The notes under the pieces are model-generated. The model had not been told where the DNA came from. It was given only the letters and a program-made list of their open reading frames with translations, and did not search any database. Source: Chiloscyllium plagiosum (lineage: Eukaryota). Taken from it: a stretch of DNA of 64,000 bases. Positions within the stretch are counted from its first letter, which is position 1. Each line of letters begins with the position of its first letter. A program made the position numbers and the translations under genes. Shown here piece by piece: positions 62,668 through 64,000 of the stretch. Where the stretch lies: contig NC_057720.1 of assembly GCF_004010195.1 (NCBI RefSeq), forward strand, positions 7,990,012 through 8,054,011, in the 5' to 3' direction.

Positions 62668-64000
62668 GGTGTAGGTTTGCTCGCTGAGCTGTAGGTTTGA
62701 TATCCAGATGTTTCATTACCTGCCTAGGTAACATCATCAGTGGCGACCTCCAAGTGAAGTGAAGCTGTTGTGTCCTGCTTTCTATTTATATCTTTCTCCT
62801 GGATGGGGTTCCTGTGGTTTGTGGTGATGTCATTTCCTGTTCATTTTCTGACAGGTTGATAGATGGCATCTAGATCTATGTGCTTGTTTATGGCGTTGTG
62901 GTTGGAGTGCCAGGCCTCTAGGAATTCTCTGGCATGTTTTTGCTTAGCCTGTCCCAGGATAGATGTGTTGTCCCAGTCGAAATGGTGGTTTTTGTCATCC
63001 GTGTATAGGGCTACAAGGGAGAGGGGGTCGTGTCCATCAACATCGACCTGGCAAAGGAAACACTCGCCACACTTTTAGAACAGACCATCACACACACACC
63101 AACCACCATCAATCACATTACCAACGGAAACATCATGAAGCTAGTGGACCTGTGCCTCACCACCCACTTCCCTTTAAACAACATAGTCTACAAACAAACC
63201 AACGACGCTCCCATGGGATCTCCGCTATCAGGATTCATAGCAGAAGGGGTAATGCAAAGGCTAGAACTAACAGCCCTACCAACCATCAAACCAAAAATCT
63301 GGGTTCGCTACGTAGATGACTCCTTTGTCATCACAAAACGAAACAAGATAGAAGAGACATTTAACATCATCAACAACACCCTCACAGGCATAAAGTTCAC
63401 CAAGGAGGAAGAAACCGACAACAAACTCGCATTCCTGGACGTCACAGTAGAAAGAAAGGACAAGGGAGAATTACAAACCTGCGTATACAGAAAACCGACA
63501 AACACTGACCAAATACTTAACTACACCAGCAACCATCCCAACACACACAAACAAAGCTGTATCAGAACACTATTCCAATGAGCCACCACACACTGCAGCA
63601 CAGACAAACTTCGAAAAACAGAGGAGAACCACTTATACGACATATTCAAGAAGAAAGGATACTCAAAAAATACAGTGCGCAGATTCCTCAAGAACAAACC
63701 ACGACAAGCAGACCAAACACAGCCAGAAACCCTAACCACCTTACCATATATCAAAGAAGTTTCAGAAATGACAGCCAGACTACTGAGACCCCTCGGAATC
63801 CTAGTAGCACACAAAACCACCAACACTCTCAAACAAAAACTATAGTACAACCCATGGACAAAACCAACGTCATCTACAAAATTCCATGCATGGACTGCCA
63901 CAAACACTACGTAGGACAAACAGGAAGAAAGTTAGCGACCAGGATACACGAACACCAGCTAGCCACAAAAAGACACGACCCCCTCTCCCTCGTAGCCCTA
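62668..64000 (+). mobile_element. Penelope-like element (family E) with inverted 5' pLTR (62668-63030); runs off the window end
   Basis: ORF 63030-63581 PMGSPLSG, WVRYVDD, LAFLDV; GIY-YIG NVIYKIPC..YVGQTGRK; hammerhead on the minus strand 62704-62744. Confidence 0.93.

Overview
Repeat-dense vertebrate genomic DNA, almost certainly from a shark or other cartilaginous fish (HE1-type V-SINEs, HER1/CR1 LINEs, Deu-domain SINEs), with four assembly gaps. No recognisable host protein-coding gene was found; essentially every ORF with a recognisable product is a TE fragment. The window holds many CR1/L2/Rex1 LINE fragments, including one near full-length CR1 on the minus strand (about 15869-23067). 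It also holds about 15 HE1 SINEs, other tRNA/Deu SINEs, several Penelope-like elements (PLEs; RT + GIY-YIG), a decayed hAT-Charlie (GTF2IRD2-like) transposon and several solo LTRs. Three things stand out. (1) At least five families of PLE-derived 3' modules carry minimal hammerhead ribozyme cores (CTGAnGA-stem II-GAAA-nnTH). Many occur as short, TSD-flanked, ORF-less palindromes encoding a hammerhead on both strands, with parent PLE fragments in the same window. (2) A 1126-bp TG..CA solo LTR with an ATGC TSD has a U3 built from a 4x63-bp hairpin array and a 3x119-bp array. (3) There is a four-level nest: HE1 > CR1 > PLE > LTR. Family names come from motif recognition only, not database searches.
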